This document shows positions 1 through 9,700 of a stretch of DNA of 20,000 bases, piece after piece. Numbering within the stretch: the stretch's first letter is position 1; every line of letters begins with the position of its first letter. The DNA is from an uncultured virus (IMG/VR IMGVR_UViG_3300044949_000816) (taxonomy: Duplodnaviria; Heunggongvirae; Uroviricota; Caudoviricetes), in IMG/VR virus record IMGVR_UViG_3300044949_000816, positions 51,925 through 71,924 of that record; one strand, 5' to 3'. A program made the position numbers and the translations under genes. The notes beneath the pieces are model-generated. The model saw only the letters and a list, made by a program, of their open reading frames with translations. It was not told the DNA's origin and made no database searches.

Positions 1-384
1 TACATAAGAAGGAGATGTAGAACATCCATATCCAACCGCAGTATTAACTATAGTAATTATTTGTTGTTTTATAGAATTAATCTGCACATTATAATCATAC
101 ATTTGATTATCATATGGCTTCGCTAATTTTTTATAGTCATCAACATTTCTTTCTTGTTTATCATAATCTATTTGTTGAAGTTCAAGAGGTGTTTTAATTG
201 AATCTACTAATTCTACAGGATTATCTGACCAAGTTCCATCTGGATTTTGAGATACATTTCTAGTTCTAATAGTCTTTGGAGTTTTTCCTATTTCACTAGG
301 TTCAGACCCAAAAGAATTAGCAGCATCTAATTGCTCCGTTAAATTTTGAGTTATTTTGAATGCAAAAAATTCTTGAGTTGACAT
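1..384 (-). CDS. Hypothetical phage protein, probably virion-associated; 5' part only, runs off the window edge
   Basis: Not in the ORF track. Manual translation from ATG at 384 gives 128 open codons: MSTQEFFAFKITQNLTEQLDAANSFGSEPSEIGK...DNQMYDYNVQINSIKQQIITIVNTAVGYGCSTSPSYV. Same strand as the rest of the gene run. Confidence 0.8.
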   Translation of the reverse strand, partial: MSTQEFFAFKITQNLTEQLDAANSFGSEPSEIGKTPKTIRTRNVSQNPDGTWSDNPVELVDSIKTPLELQQIDYDKQERNVDDYKKLAKPYDNQMYDYNVQINSIKQQIITIVNTAVGYGCSTSPSYV

Positions 385-435
385 GTTAAATTTTTATCAA
401 TTAATTCTTAGTTTTATATTGTGCATTTAAAAAAA

Positions 436-789
436 TCAAGTACTTAAATTTTGAATTTGTAATTTTAGATCATCAATAATTTGTTGTTGTTCTTTTACTG
501 CTGCAATTAACAGAACAACCAATCTATCATATTTAACTGCATAATAATCATTATTTACGGGCAATTTACCTACAGATTCTGGAGCAACTTCGAGCAATTC
601 TTGGGCTGAAAGACCAAGATGCTTCTCTTCAATAGATCTAAATCCAATAGACTCTGCGACAGTATTTAAATTATATGTAAATGTGCTTAAAGATTTAACT
701 TTATCTAAAGCATTAGTAATTGGTTCAATATTAGTTTTTAGCCTCATGTCAGAAGCTGTTAATTCATCTTCGTGATTTTTAAATTCCAT
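436..789 (-). CDS. Stand-alone peptidase S74 / intramolecular-chaperone (endosialidase chaperone-type) domain protein
   Basis: Canonical motifs SD-x-RLKTNI, ALDKV, GLSAQE and V-x-Y-x-x-L-x-x-LLI-x-AVKE, followed by a coiled-coil end. Only 12 residues precede the SD. Confidence 0.88.
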   Translation of the reverse strand: MEFKNHEDELTASDMRLKTNIEPITNALDKVKSLSTFTYNLNTVAESIGFRSIEEKHLGLSAQELLEVAPESVGKLPVNNDYYAVKYDRLVVLLIAAVKEQQQIIDDLKLQIQNLST

Positions 790-838
790 AATTTTGAATC
801 TAATTTTCTATATTCTTATATAGTAAAGATATTGTGTT

Positions 839-1780
839 TTAATTTTTAGTTATAGTCAAATATCCATGTCCTCGGTTATATCCAATTACTGTGATTGCTG
901 ATTGAGAGTAACTTCCGCCGCCGCCGCCAGTATTAGTATTACTGTTTTGATTACTTCCACCTCCACCAGAATATCCTCCTCCTCCTCCACCACCACCAGT
1001 GTTTCCATGAGTTCCCGCACCACCACCAAAACCACCAAAAGCAGATGTTGCGGTGTTCCCTCCCGTTCCACCTGCTGCAAAAGAAAGACCTAATCCACTA
1101 TAACCATATGATCCAGCTTGCCCTGCTGCAGTTCCATTTCCATATAATCCACCACCACCTCCACCCCATCCATTAGATGATCCAGTTCCACCATTTCCGT
1201 TAGAACCACCAGTTCCAGTAAAATCTGAATAACTAGAACCACCAGTTGTTCCAGATAATCCATCAGAATATGCACCATATATTGCCGAATCAAATGAAGC
1301 AAAACTATACGTTGCTCCTCCTCCACCTCCAGCAATTATAACTGGAGTGTTAAAAAATTCTGTCATAAAAGTTCCCCCACCACCGCCACCAGATCCTGTA
1401 CTAAAAACAACTCCTTTTTGACCAACAAGTATTTTATACAACATTCCTTTAGTTAAAGTCACTACAGACTCAATAATAATTCCTCTAGAATAATTTGCAT
1501 AATAACCATCTTGACCAGCGGCACCTGCAGCACGAATTGTATAACTACCTGTTGTTGGGGCATACCAATACTGAATTCCAGAACTTACTGAAAAATAAGT
1601 TGAGTACCAAGGTTGCGAGGTATAACTTGAAACTGATGCAAATGAAGTTGGACCAAATCTTCCAGTTGCTCCTCCATTTGTGAATGTAAAGGATGTGAAA
1701 GAAAATAAATCTCCCACTTGATCCATATATGGAGAATAATATGTATTTGGACCAAGTAAAGTTTGTTGAATTGTAGTCAT
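839..1780 (-). CDS. Glycine-rich adhesin / receptor-binding tip protein (ALK/LTK-like Gly-rich domain; T-even gp38-like polyglycine-II sandwich)
   Basis: GIQYWYAPTTGSYTIRAAGAAG, ILVGQKG, GGGGGTF, IIAGGGGG, GGFGGG, GGGGGYSGGG, GGGGGSY and a terminal GHGYLTIT. Lies directly downstream of a fibre gene. Confidence 0.75.
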   Translation of the reverse strand: MTTIQQTLLGPNTYYSPYMDQVGDLFSFTSFTFTNGGATGRFGPTSFASVSSYTSQPWYSTYFSVSSGIQYWYAPTTGSYTIRAAGAAGQDGYYANYSRGIIIESVVTLTKGMLYKILVGQKGVVFSTGSGGGGGGTFMTEFFNTPVIIAGGGGGATYSFASFDSAIYGAYSDGLSGTTGGSSYSDFTGTGGSNGNGGTGSSNGWGGGGGGLYGNGTAAGQAGSYGYSGLGLSFAAGGTGGNTATSAFGGFGGGAGTHGNTGGGGGGGGYSGGGGSNQNSNTNTGGGGGSYSQSAITVIGYNRGHGYLTITKN

Positions 1781-1784
1781 AATA

Positions 1785-4700
1785 TCAACTTAATCCAGAT
1801 CCAGATATAACAAATTCATTAGGTGTGACGACACATAGAACAGTACAAAGTCCTCTTCCTGCTAATGTTCTATTTCCAGTTGTTGCTGTTCCAGCAATAT
1901 ACATTGTAGTTGAAGCACCTTGTGTAATTGTTTGTGCTGATGAAGAGTTATTATAAATCGTAATTGCATCTCCAGCACTGAAAACGCCAGAAGGGACAGT
2001 TACGCCACCTGTTGTGATATTAACTAAATCGCCAACATCTCCTATTGCAAGAGTGTATGAAGTTGTTTTAGCAAGATTTATTAATTTTCTAAGATTTCCT
2101 CCGGAATCAGAAACTATAGTAGAAGTTAAGTTACCTGTTGATGGATTATAAGTTAATTTTGATGATGATACGTTTAATGTTGGTGACCCAGATGCCACCG
2201 ATGAAAGCATTGGATATCTCGTTGCGTTTGTTGATGTGTCATCAGACACGCTAATAGAACCAAATGGTGCAAATATTGATGTAAATGCCCAATTATCAGT
2301 ACCATAATAATAGAAAACTTGTGCAATTCTTAAATAAACTCCATTTACAGTTTGTGCTGCTGCAGGTATAGAAGCACTGATTAATTGCCAAGTATTATAG
2401 TTTAAAGCACTAGGTGTAATAAGCTCTATTGTAGTATAAGAAGATCCATTAAGACTATATTGAAATAATAAAACATCTGATTGATAGTCTTCTGGTTGAT
2501 CCCCCCAAGTTCCATTAGCAGCATTCACATAAAATTGAACTGTGCTAATACCATTTAAATATACCTTATTAAAAGTAGAGACATATCTCGTTCCATTTTG
2601 GTATTCTGAAAGATAACCATCAAAAATTGCTATCGGAGTTCCTGTGGGAACTGCAGTTGATGTTGCCATAGTTCCATAAACTGAACCAAGTGTTGCCAAT
2701 CTAGTTCCATTAGAAACATCAAGATTTTCTGGTTCTCTTAAATTTAATAAAACATTATCAAGTGATCCAGTATGATTTTGATCACCTCCAACTTGACCAA
2801 ATGCTGGCATCAAAGTTGTAAATGCCCAGTTATCAGTGCCGTAATAAAATGAAGTTTGGGTGATTTTTAAATAAACTCCACCAAAAGTTTTTGCCCCAGA
2901 TGGAACTCTAATAGTTCTTAACGTCCAAACATTACTACTAGCAATATCAATGGGATTTATTATGTCAATATTAGTCCAAAAAGTTCCATCAGTACTATAT
3001 TGAACAAGTAAATTATCATTTTCATAATATTCTGGTAGATCGCCCCAACCAGTTCCACCTCTATTAACGTAATAATTTAAGAAGTCTACATTTGTTAAAT
3101 GAACTTTTTCTCTATTTTGAACAAATCTTGTTCCATTTAAATTTAAAGACAAATATCCATCAAAAACTACAATTGGTGTTCCGACTGGAACCGCTGAAAT
3201 ATTTGATATGCCGGAATAATTTCCAACTGATGTTAATCTAGTTCCATTTCCTACCGTAAGAGTGTTTAAATTATAAAAATTAAGTAAGAATAAAGAAAGA
3301 TTTCCAGAAGAAGATGATGAATCTGATTCTGGTTGACCAAATCCACCAACTAAGGTTGTAAATGCCCAGTTATCAGTGCCGTAATAAAATGAAGTTTGAA
3401 CAATTCTTAAATAAACTCCAGAAAAATCTTTTACCGCATCTGGAATAGTTATAGTTCTTAAAGTCCAAACATTACTACTAGCAATATCAATTGGATTTAC
3501 TGTATCAAGAGTAACCCATCCTGTAGATGCGGTTGGGGAAGTTGGGTGATATTGAACAAGTAAATTATCATTTTCGTAATATTCTGGCAAATCTCCCCAA
3601 CCAGTTCCACCTCTATTAACATAATATAAAATATAGTCTAATGTTGTTAAATAAACTTTTGTTTTGTTTGTAAGTACTCTAGTGCCATTTTGATATTCTG
3701 CAAGATATCCATCAAATATTCCAATTAAAGTTCCAGAAGGAACTTTATTTGTTAAAGTAGACATACCTCCATAATATGCTCCCACACTACTCATTCTAAC
3801 GCCGTCACCTAAATTTAATGTTAAAGTATTGGCAAAATTCATTAAAGAAACTGTAAGATTTCCTGCACTAGATGGATCATTTACATTTGTACTATCTCCA
3901 GTAGATGCTATAAGAGAAGTTATTGCCCAATTGTCAGTGTCTTGATAGTATGAAGTCTGAGCAATTCTTAGATATACACCATTATAATATTTTGCACCAT
4001 CTGGAATTTGAACTGTCCTTAAAGTCCATACATTAACACTAGCAATATCAATAGGTCTTATAGTATCGAAAGTAACATAAGTAGATCCATCTGTACTGTA
4101 TTGTAAATATAAAAAGTCACTTTGATAATTCTCGGGTTCTTCGCCACCAGCACCTTTGTTAACATAATATGATAAGTATGATATTGTAGTTAAATAAATT
4201 CTATTAAAATTAGTAATTACTCTATTTGAAGTTCCCCCAAAAAATGCAATGTTTGTAGTTCCAGGAACTTCTGTTCTAGTTGAAGTTCCCCTTGCTGAAC
4301 AAGTTGTTAACTGTACACCACTTCCAATAGTAAATAAATTTGGATCTGCAAAATTCATGGCAGCAATCATAATGTTGCCATTTCCGGAAGATGTAGTCGA
4401 AGAACCAGCAGATCCTAATTCTGGTATTACTGAAGTAAATGCCCAGTTATCAGTTTCTTGATAATAAGCTCCTTGTACAATTCTCAAATAAACTCCATTA
4501 TAATACTTAGCAGCTGCTGGAACTCTTTCTGATATTAAAGTCCAAGTATTTGCTGCAACATCATCAGGACCAACTGTTTTTATAGCAGTCCATCCACTAG
4601 TTCCAGTGTAACTATATTCAAGAATTAAATTGTCTAAATTAAATCCCTCTGGAGAATCTCCCCAACTACCAGCTTTATTGACGTAAAAATATACAAATTC

Positions 4701-6389
4701 TACAGAAGTTAAATAAACTTTAAATCTATTTTGAACAAATCTAGTTCCAGATGGTGTTGGAGCACTATTTGTTCCAAAAACTCCAATACTTGTAGTCGTG
4801 GAAGGAACTTGAGTTAATGAAGACATATTAAGAATTGAACTAGGAAATGTAAGAAAAGTTCCAGTTCCCAAAGTTAAACCATTTGGAGTTGCAAGATCTA
4901 TAAGTGAATATGAAGAATTTCCTCCCCCAGTTCCAGATGCACCTTGAGTACCTTGTCCTCCTGGACCTTGAATTCCTTGTCTTCCTTGAAGACCTTGAGC
5001 TCCTTGACCACCAATTCCACCAGTAAATCCCTGAACTCCCTGGTGTCCTTGAATACCTTGTCGTCCCTGAGTTCCTTGATTTCCTTGTGTACCTACACCA
5101 TCTGTTCCTTGAGAACCTTGTATTCCCTGAATACCTTGCGATCCTTGAATACCAGATCCTTGGAGACCTTGAAAACCTTGAGATCCTATAGTTCCTTGAT
5201 TTCCTTGAACACCTTGATTACTTAAACCTTGAGTTCCCTGCCTTCCTTGAATTCCTTGAGAACCTTGAGAACCTTGATTACCAAGAAGACCAGATATTCC
5301 TTGCGTTCCTTGAACACCCTGAGTTGTTCCATCACGTCCCTGAAGTCCTTGAGATCCTTGTAAAGATGCACCCTGAAGTCCTTGAGATCCTTGAAAACCT
5401 ATTCCCTGAGTTCCTTGAGCACCTTGATTTCCACTATATCCTTGAAGTCCTTGAGATCCTTGGAAAGATTGTCCCTGAACACCTTGGGTTCCTTGCGCTG
5501 TTCCTGCTCGACCTTGAATACCTTGAACACCTTGAATCCCTTGTCTTCCTTGAATTCCTTGAGAACCCTGAAATCCACTATAACCTTGAGTACCTTGTGC
5601 TCCTTGTGATCCAAGACCTTGAGTTCCTTGGAATCCTTGAGATCCATATTCTCCCTGAATTCCTTGAGATCCTTGGAAAGATTGTCCCTGAACACCTTGG
5701 GTTCCTTGACTGCCTTGAGTACCTTGAACTCCTTGAATACCTTGAGTTCCTTGAGTACCTTGAGTACCTTGAACACCCTGTGTTCCTTGAGTTGCTTGAA
5801 CACCTTGAGTGCCTTGATTACTTAAACCTTGAACACCTTGTGTTCCTTGAAAATTACTTATTGTTCCCTGAGCACCTTGTCTACCTTGTGTTCCATGAAT
5901 TCCCTGAACACCTTGAAATCCTTGAACACCCTGAGATCCTTGAATACCTTGTCTACCTTGTGTTCCTTGATTTCCTTGAACGCCTTGATTGCTTACACCT
6001 TGAATACCTTGGGTTCCTTGAGTTCCTTGAAAGTTACTTATTTGACCTTGAAGACCTTGCAATCCTTGCAGTCCTTGAGATCCTTGTCTTCCTTGCGAAC
6101 CTTGAGTTCCCTGAAAATTACTTAAAGAACCTTGAAGACCTTGAATACCCTGAGTTAAAAGTGCCCGAGAATGAATCCAATACCTAGATCCAGTTTGAGC
6201 ACCTACTGAAATTGGTACGTAATGATCATATTCAGTTCCAGCAGGAACTGGTTTTGCGCCAATAGAAGATACTCCAACTAATGGATCTCCAAGATCTGGT
6301 TCTGCTTGTTCTAATCCAAGAAACTCATAACGATCTGAAGTAATTCCAGTTTGGTCAAACTTTTTAACTCTGCCTGAATTATATTTCAT
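1785..6389 (-). CDS. Collagen-like tail fibre (1534 aa) with five tandem reelin-like/Asp-box beta-sandwich domains
   Basis: N-terminus KYNSGRVKK..SDRYEFLGLEQAEPDLGDP resembles cyanophage-type fibre N-termini (from recall). About 400 aa of Gly-X-Gln follow, then five ~170-aa repeats, then a fibre-type C-terminal domain (SYTLAIGDVG..VTVPSGVFSAGDAITIYNNS..EFVISGSGLS). Confidence 0.85.
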   Translation of the reverse strand: MKYNSGRVKKFDQTGITSDRYEFLGLEQAEPDLGDPLVGVSSIGAKPVPAGTEYDHYVPISVGAQTGSRYWIHSRALLTQGIQGLQGSLSNFQGTQGSQGRQGSQGLQGLQGLQGQISNFQGTQGTQGIQGVSNQGVQGNQGTQGRQGIQGSQGVQGFQGVQGIHGTQGRQGAQGTISNFQGTQGVQGLSNQGTQGVQATQGTQGVQGTQGTQGTQGIQGVQGTQGSQGTQGVQGQSFQGSQGIQGEYGSQGFQGTQGLGSQGAQGTQGYSGFQGSQGIQGRQGIQGVQGIQGRAGTAQGTQGVQGQSFQGSQGLQGYSGNQGAQGTQGIGFQGSQGLQGASLQGSQGLQGRDGTTQGVQGTQGISGLLGNQGSQGSQGIQGRQGTQGLSNQGVQGNQGTIGSQGFQGLQGSGIQGSQGIQGIQGSQGTDGVGTQGNQGTQGRQGIQGHQGVQGFTGGIGGQGAQGLQGRQGIQGPGGQGTQGASGTGGGNSSYSLIDLATPNGLTLGTGTFLTFPSSILNMSSLTQVPSTTTSIGVFGTNSAPTPSGTRFVQNRFKVYLTSVEFVYFYVNKAGSWGDSPEGFNLDNLILEYSYTGTSGWTAIKTVGPDDVAANTWTLISERVPAAAKYYNGVYLRIVQGAYYQETDNWAFTSVIPELGSAGSSTTSSGNGNIMIAAMNFADPNLFTIGSGVQLTTCSARGTSTRTEVPGTTNIAFFGGTSNRVITNFNRIYLTTISYLSYYVNKGAGGEEPENYQSDFLYLQYSTDGSTYVTFDTIRPIDIASVNVWTLRTVQIPDGAKYYNGVYLRIAQTSYYQDTDNWAITSLIASTGDSTNVNDPSSAGNLTVSLMNFANTLTLNLGDGVRMSSVGAYYGGMSTLTNKVPSGTLIGIFDGYLAEYQNGTRVLTNKTKVYLTTLDYILYYVNRGGTGWGDLPEYYENDNLLVQYHPTSPTASTGWVTLDTVNPIDIASSNVWTLRTITIPDAVKDFSGVYLRIVQTSFYYGTDNWAFTTLVGGFGQPESDSSSSSGNLSLFLLNFYNLNTLTVGNGTRLTSVGNYSGISNISAVPVGTPIVVFDGYLSLNLNGTRFVQNREKVHLTNVDFLNYYVNRGGTGWGDLPEYYENDNLLVQYSTDGTFWTNIDIINPIDIASSNVWTLRTIRVPSGAKTFGGVYLKITQTSFYYGTDNWAFTTLMPAFGQVGGDQNHTGSLDNVLLNLREPENLDVSNGTRLATLGSVYGTMATSTAVPTGTPIAIFDGYLSEYQNGTRYVSTFNKVYLNGISTVQFYVNAANGTWGDQPEDYQSDVLLFQYSLNGSSYTTIELITPSALNYNTWQLISASIPAAAQTVNGVYLRIAQVFYYYGTDNWAFTSIFAPFGSISVSDDTSTNATRYPMLSSVASGSPTLNVSSSKLTYNPSTGNLTSTIVSDSGGNLRKLINLAKTTSYTLAIGDVGDLVNITTGGVTVPSGVFSAGDAITIYNNSSSAQTITQGASTTMYIAGTATTGNRTLAGRGLCTVLCVVTPNEFVISGSGLS
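2265..4915 (-). repeat. Five tandem ~170-180 aa domain repeats (reelin-subrepeat-like)
   Basis: Each unit has V/IYLT..YVN..G..PE..D.L.(L/V/F)(Q/E)Y..W.L...(I/V)P..(A/V)(K/Q)...GVYL(R/K)I.Q..Y..TDNWA(F/I)T. Approximate units: 4420-4915, 3905-4385, 3345-3865, 2805-3305, 2265-2765. Confidence 0.9.
4941..6152 (-). repeat. Collagen-like (Gly-X-Gln)n coding repeat in the 1534-aa fibre
   Basis: 9-nt periodic 'ccttg' pattern on the + strand; translates as GTQ/GIQ/GSQ/GLQ/GVQ triplets. Confidence 0.95.
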
Positions 6390-6397
6390 AATTTATA

Positions 6398-6757
6398 TTA
6401 TTGCTTTGCAGTTTCTAAAACACTGAGAATAAGGTTTAAAACCCCATTAGTATTAGATTGAATTTTAATAACATCATTAGTTTCCAAAGCCAATCTTCCA
6501 TCAGAAACTAGATTAACTGAATCATTTGGTGGTACATATACTGAATTTGCAAATATATAATCGTTTGGAGATTCACTTGTTCTTGAATGTATTGCAGTTA
6601 CAGTATAGGTGCTTTTAGCAGCACCTGATGATACATTTGCCACTTGTGATAAAATTACAATAGATGATACGCCAATGGGGCAAGTATATATTCCAACATT
6701 ATTTGTTGTAATACCAACTCTAATTGTTCGGAATTTATTAAGTGCAATTGCTGCCAT
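6398..6757 (-). CDS. Small virion structural protein (119 aa, beta-rich), probable fibre adaptor/connector
   Basis: ALNKFRT..VGIYTCPIGV..ILSQVAN..VPPNDS..GRLALETND..LILSVLET resembles small conserved cyanophage structural proteins (from recall). Sits between two fibre genes with 4-nt and 8-nt gaps. Confidence 0.7.
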   Translation of the reverse strand: MAAIALNKFRTIRVGITTNNVGIYTCPIGVSSIVILSQVANVSSGAAKSTYTVTAIHSRTSESPNDYIFANSVYVPPNDSVNLVSDGRLALETNDVIKIQSNTNGVLNLILSVLETAKQ

Positions 6758-6761
6758 GTTT

Positions 6762-9700
6762 CTAACTTAATGCAATAATTAGAGGGGTTACTGTATTTAA
6801 CAGACTTTGACTGAATGATCTTCCAGTAATTGTTCCAGTTAATTGATTAATCACAACGCCATCGCCAATTTGGAAGTTTCCTGCCTGATTTGTGCTCGTA
6901 TATACAACTTGTCCACCATTACGCTTATCAACTTCATTTGCCTGAATTGTGACACCACCTAAAGCAGGTTTTGCTGTATTAATATTTGTTCCAGATCCAA
7001 CCCACTCTAATGAAATTGAAGTTGCAATTTGTAAACTCAATCTTGAGAAATAAACTGTTGTCCCAGCACCTACTGTATTATTTAGATTTTGAGTCAGAAC
7101 CAATGTTGAAGTTCCATTAACTGGTAATGTTGCCGTTGTAATAGTATAATAAAGAGGATACAAAACTGCTTCTGCAGTTGCATTTACTCCAGATCCTCCA
7201 GGAAAATCAGTAATTGTAACGCTTGGGGAATTTAAGTATTGACTTCCATTACTGATTACGTCTATTGAAGTTATAACACCATTTTCATCAACGTTGGCAG
7301 AAGCTTCTGCACGAATTCCGCTAGGACCTTCTGGGAATCCAATTGTTACGTTTGGTGGATTTGTGGGATTGTAACCATTTCCACCATTTGTAACTTTAAT
7401 AGCATTGACTTGATAGTACAATTCGCCAAAATAAATTGCCTGACCGTCATAAGGTCTTTGTGTCCCCAATCCAGAAATTGTAACAGTATCAGTTTCAATT
7501 TCTGCAGTTCCTACGGTTTCTCCAGTGTAACGATAAATTGATTTTGAAGTATAATCACCAACTCCATCGGAAACAAGACCATAATTACCAAACGAACAGT
7601 TTGAGTTTGTAATATCACACTGACCACCAGATTTTGTAAAGATTCCAATATCGTCGCAAATTGTAAAGATAGAAACCAATTGTGTATATGCACCATTTGT
7701 GATAGAAACACCAATACCATTTTGATTATATTGAGTATAAGAATCAACACTCATGGTTCCAGTTACACCAATATCTTCTTTATCACCAGGCTCTGCCGCA
7801 AATCCATCCACTTTCATTCCGATACTATCACCAATAAAGTTAGTGCAGTTTCTTACATAAGGACCTTGAGTAATTGGACCAACTCCTTTGGAGTATGGTG
7901 GGATTACAATTCCACCAACAACATAAGTATGACCTATTCCAGTTTTACCAACATTTACTGTAAATGTATTTCTTTCATTAGTTGTAGAAAGAACCTCAAA
8001 TGCATATCCATTATTTCCAGATGGGAATAATGTAGTTGTAGCTGCTCCACTAGAACATGCAAATTCAAGATCCCGTAATGTTACGATATCACCAGTTCTT
8101 ACTGAAATGCCAGGAGCAGTAATTGTAACAATACCAGTATTATTGTCATATTTTGCTTCAGTAACTTCTAATGAACGATTAACTACATAACCACCAGAAA
8201 CATAACTATGGGGAATAGTTGAAATTCCAGTATAAACATCAAAAGAGTCGTCTGAATTAATTTTAGTTACATAAAATTCATATCCATAATATCCAGATGG
8301 GAATAATTGAGTTGAAACAGGTCCTCCAGAGGAGCATGAGAACTTAAGGTTTCTAACCTCAATTAAATCTCCAACCTTGACTAACAATCCTGGTGCTTTG
8401 ATAGTAGTTTTTCCTGAAGTTTCTTCATAAAGAGCACTCGTAACACCGACAATAGAATCAAACCCTTTTCCTCTATTTCCTGGATATGTGGTATTAAATC
8501 CAACATATGAGAATGCAGTTGATCCTATTCCTATAATTGAAGTAACAATTCCAACACAAACTTTCATCGCTGAAGTTACGTCAGCACATGAATTAATTAC
8601 ATTATTAAATCCAGTTGCAGGATCAACTTGCATCGCAAGGTCTTTAATTTGAGTGAATTCATTCTGGAAATTGGTATATTTTTGAACTGTTCCACCAGAA
8701 ACATAGGTGTGTGGAAGAACAGTTTTTCCACCAACAAACTCAAATGTATTTGGTCCAACTACCGATTTAACTGGGAAAATATAATTAAAAGTTCCATCTG
8801 GGAAAGTTGTGGTTGTATAGTTAGAAGTTAAAGTACCTCCATACATGTAACGATGATCTAATGTAGAAGTTCCTACATTTACCTTAACTTTATTTGAAAC
8901 ATAAAGTGCTGGGTAAGATCCTAGATTACCTGCAGATATAACTGTGGTTAGTATTGAAATTAAATTATCAATATTTGTTTTAACATCGGCGCAAGAATTT
9001 TCACTAGTATTAGATCCTGTAGCAGGATCTGCACTTATTGTTAAATCCTTAACATTTAGTTGATTTGTAATTGCTTTCTTAGCATAATCACGAACCGCAT
9101 TAAATGCAGTTACACTTTGCGTTTCTTCACCAACTAAACCATTAGAAATTGGTGCTCCATTCTTATTAAAATATGCTCTAGTTGCTTCACGAATGTGCTT
9201 ATTAGTTCCATACTTAACATCCTTAACCAAAGCATCAACAATATATCCAATATCTCTACGACACTTATTTTCACCAGAAACAAATATTCCTGGATTGTTT
9301 CTAATTGTATTAAGAGAAGTTAGTGAACCAGCAGAAACAACAGTTGTAATTAGAGAAGTTAAAGTGTCTAATGCACTTTGGACATTTGCACAAGATGATG
9401 ATGAAGTATTAGATCCAGTTACAGGATCTGCAGTTAGTGTTAGATCTTTTGTGGTAAGTTGATTTGTAATTGCCTGCTTCATCAGGTTTCTTGCCTGATT
9501 AAAAGCATAAACAGATTCTGTTTCTTCACCAACTAAACCATTAGAAATTGGTGCTCCATTATTGAAATATTGTCTTACAAATGCAATAGAATAAGAATTT
9601 CCACCAGTAAATATGTCTGTAGAAACCGCATCAATAAAATATCCAAGATCTCTCTTACATTTGGTTTGCGTTCCGGAAATTCCAGGATATTGTGCAACTG

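Noticed and set aside
886..1683. Small ORFs overlapping the Gly-rich gene
   Set aside because: Frame shadows of GGN-rich codons, fully nested in a well-supported CDS.
4944..6187. Overlapping ORFs including a 287-aa + strand ORF (5324-6187)
   Set aside because: Antisense or frame shadows of the collagen tract in the 1534-aa gene.
6390..6397. TATAAATT on the minus strand, 7/8 match to the T4 late promoter
   Set aside because: It abuts the ATG at 6389, leaving no room for a transcript start before the codon, and is expected by chance in AT-rich spacers.
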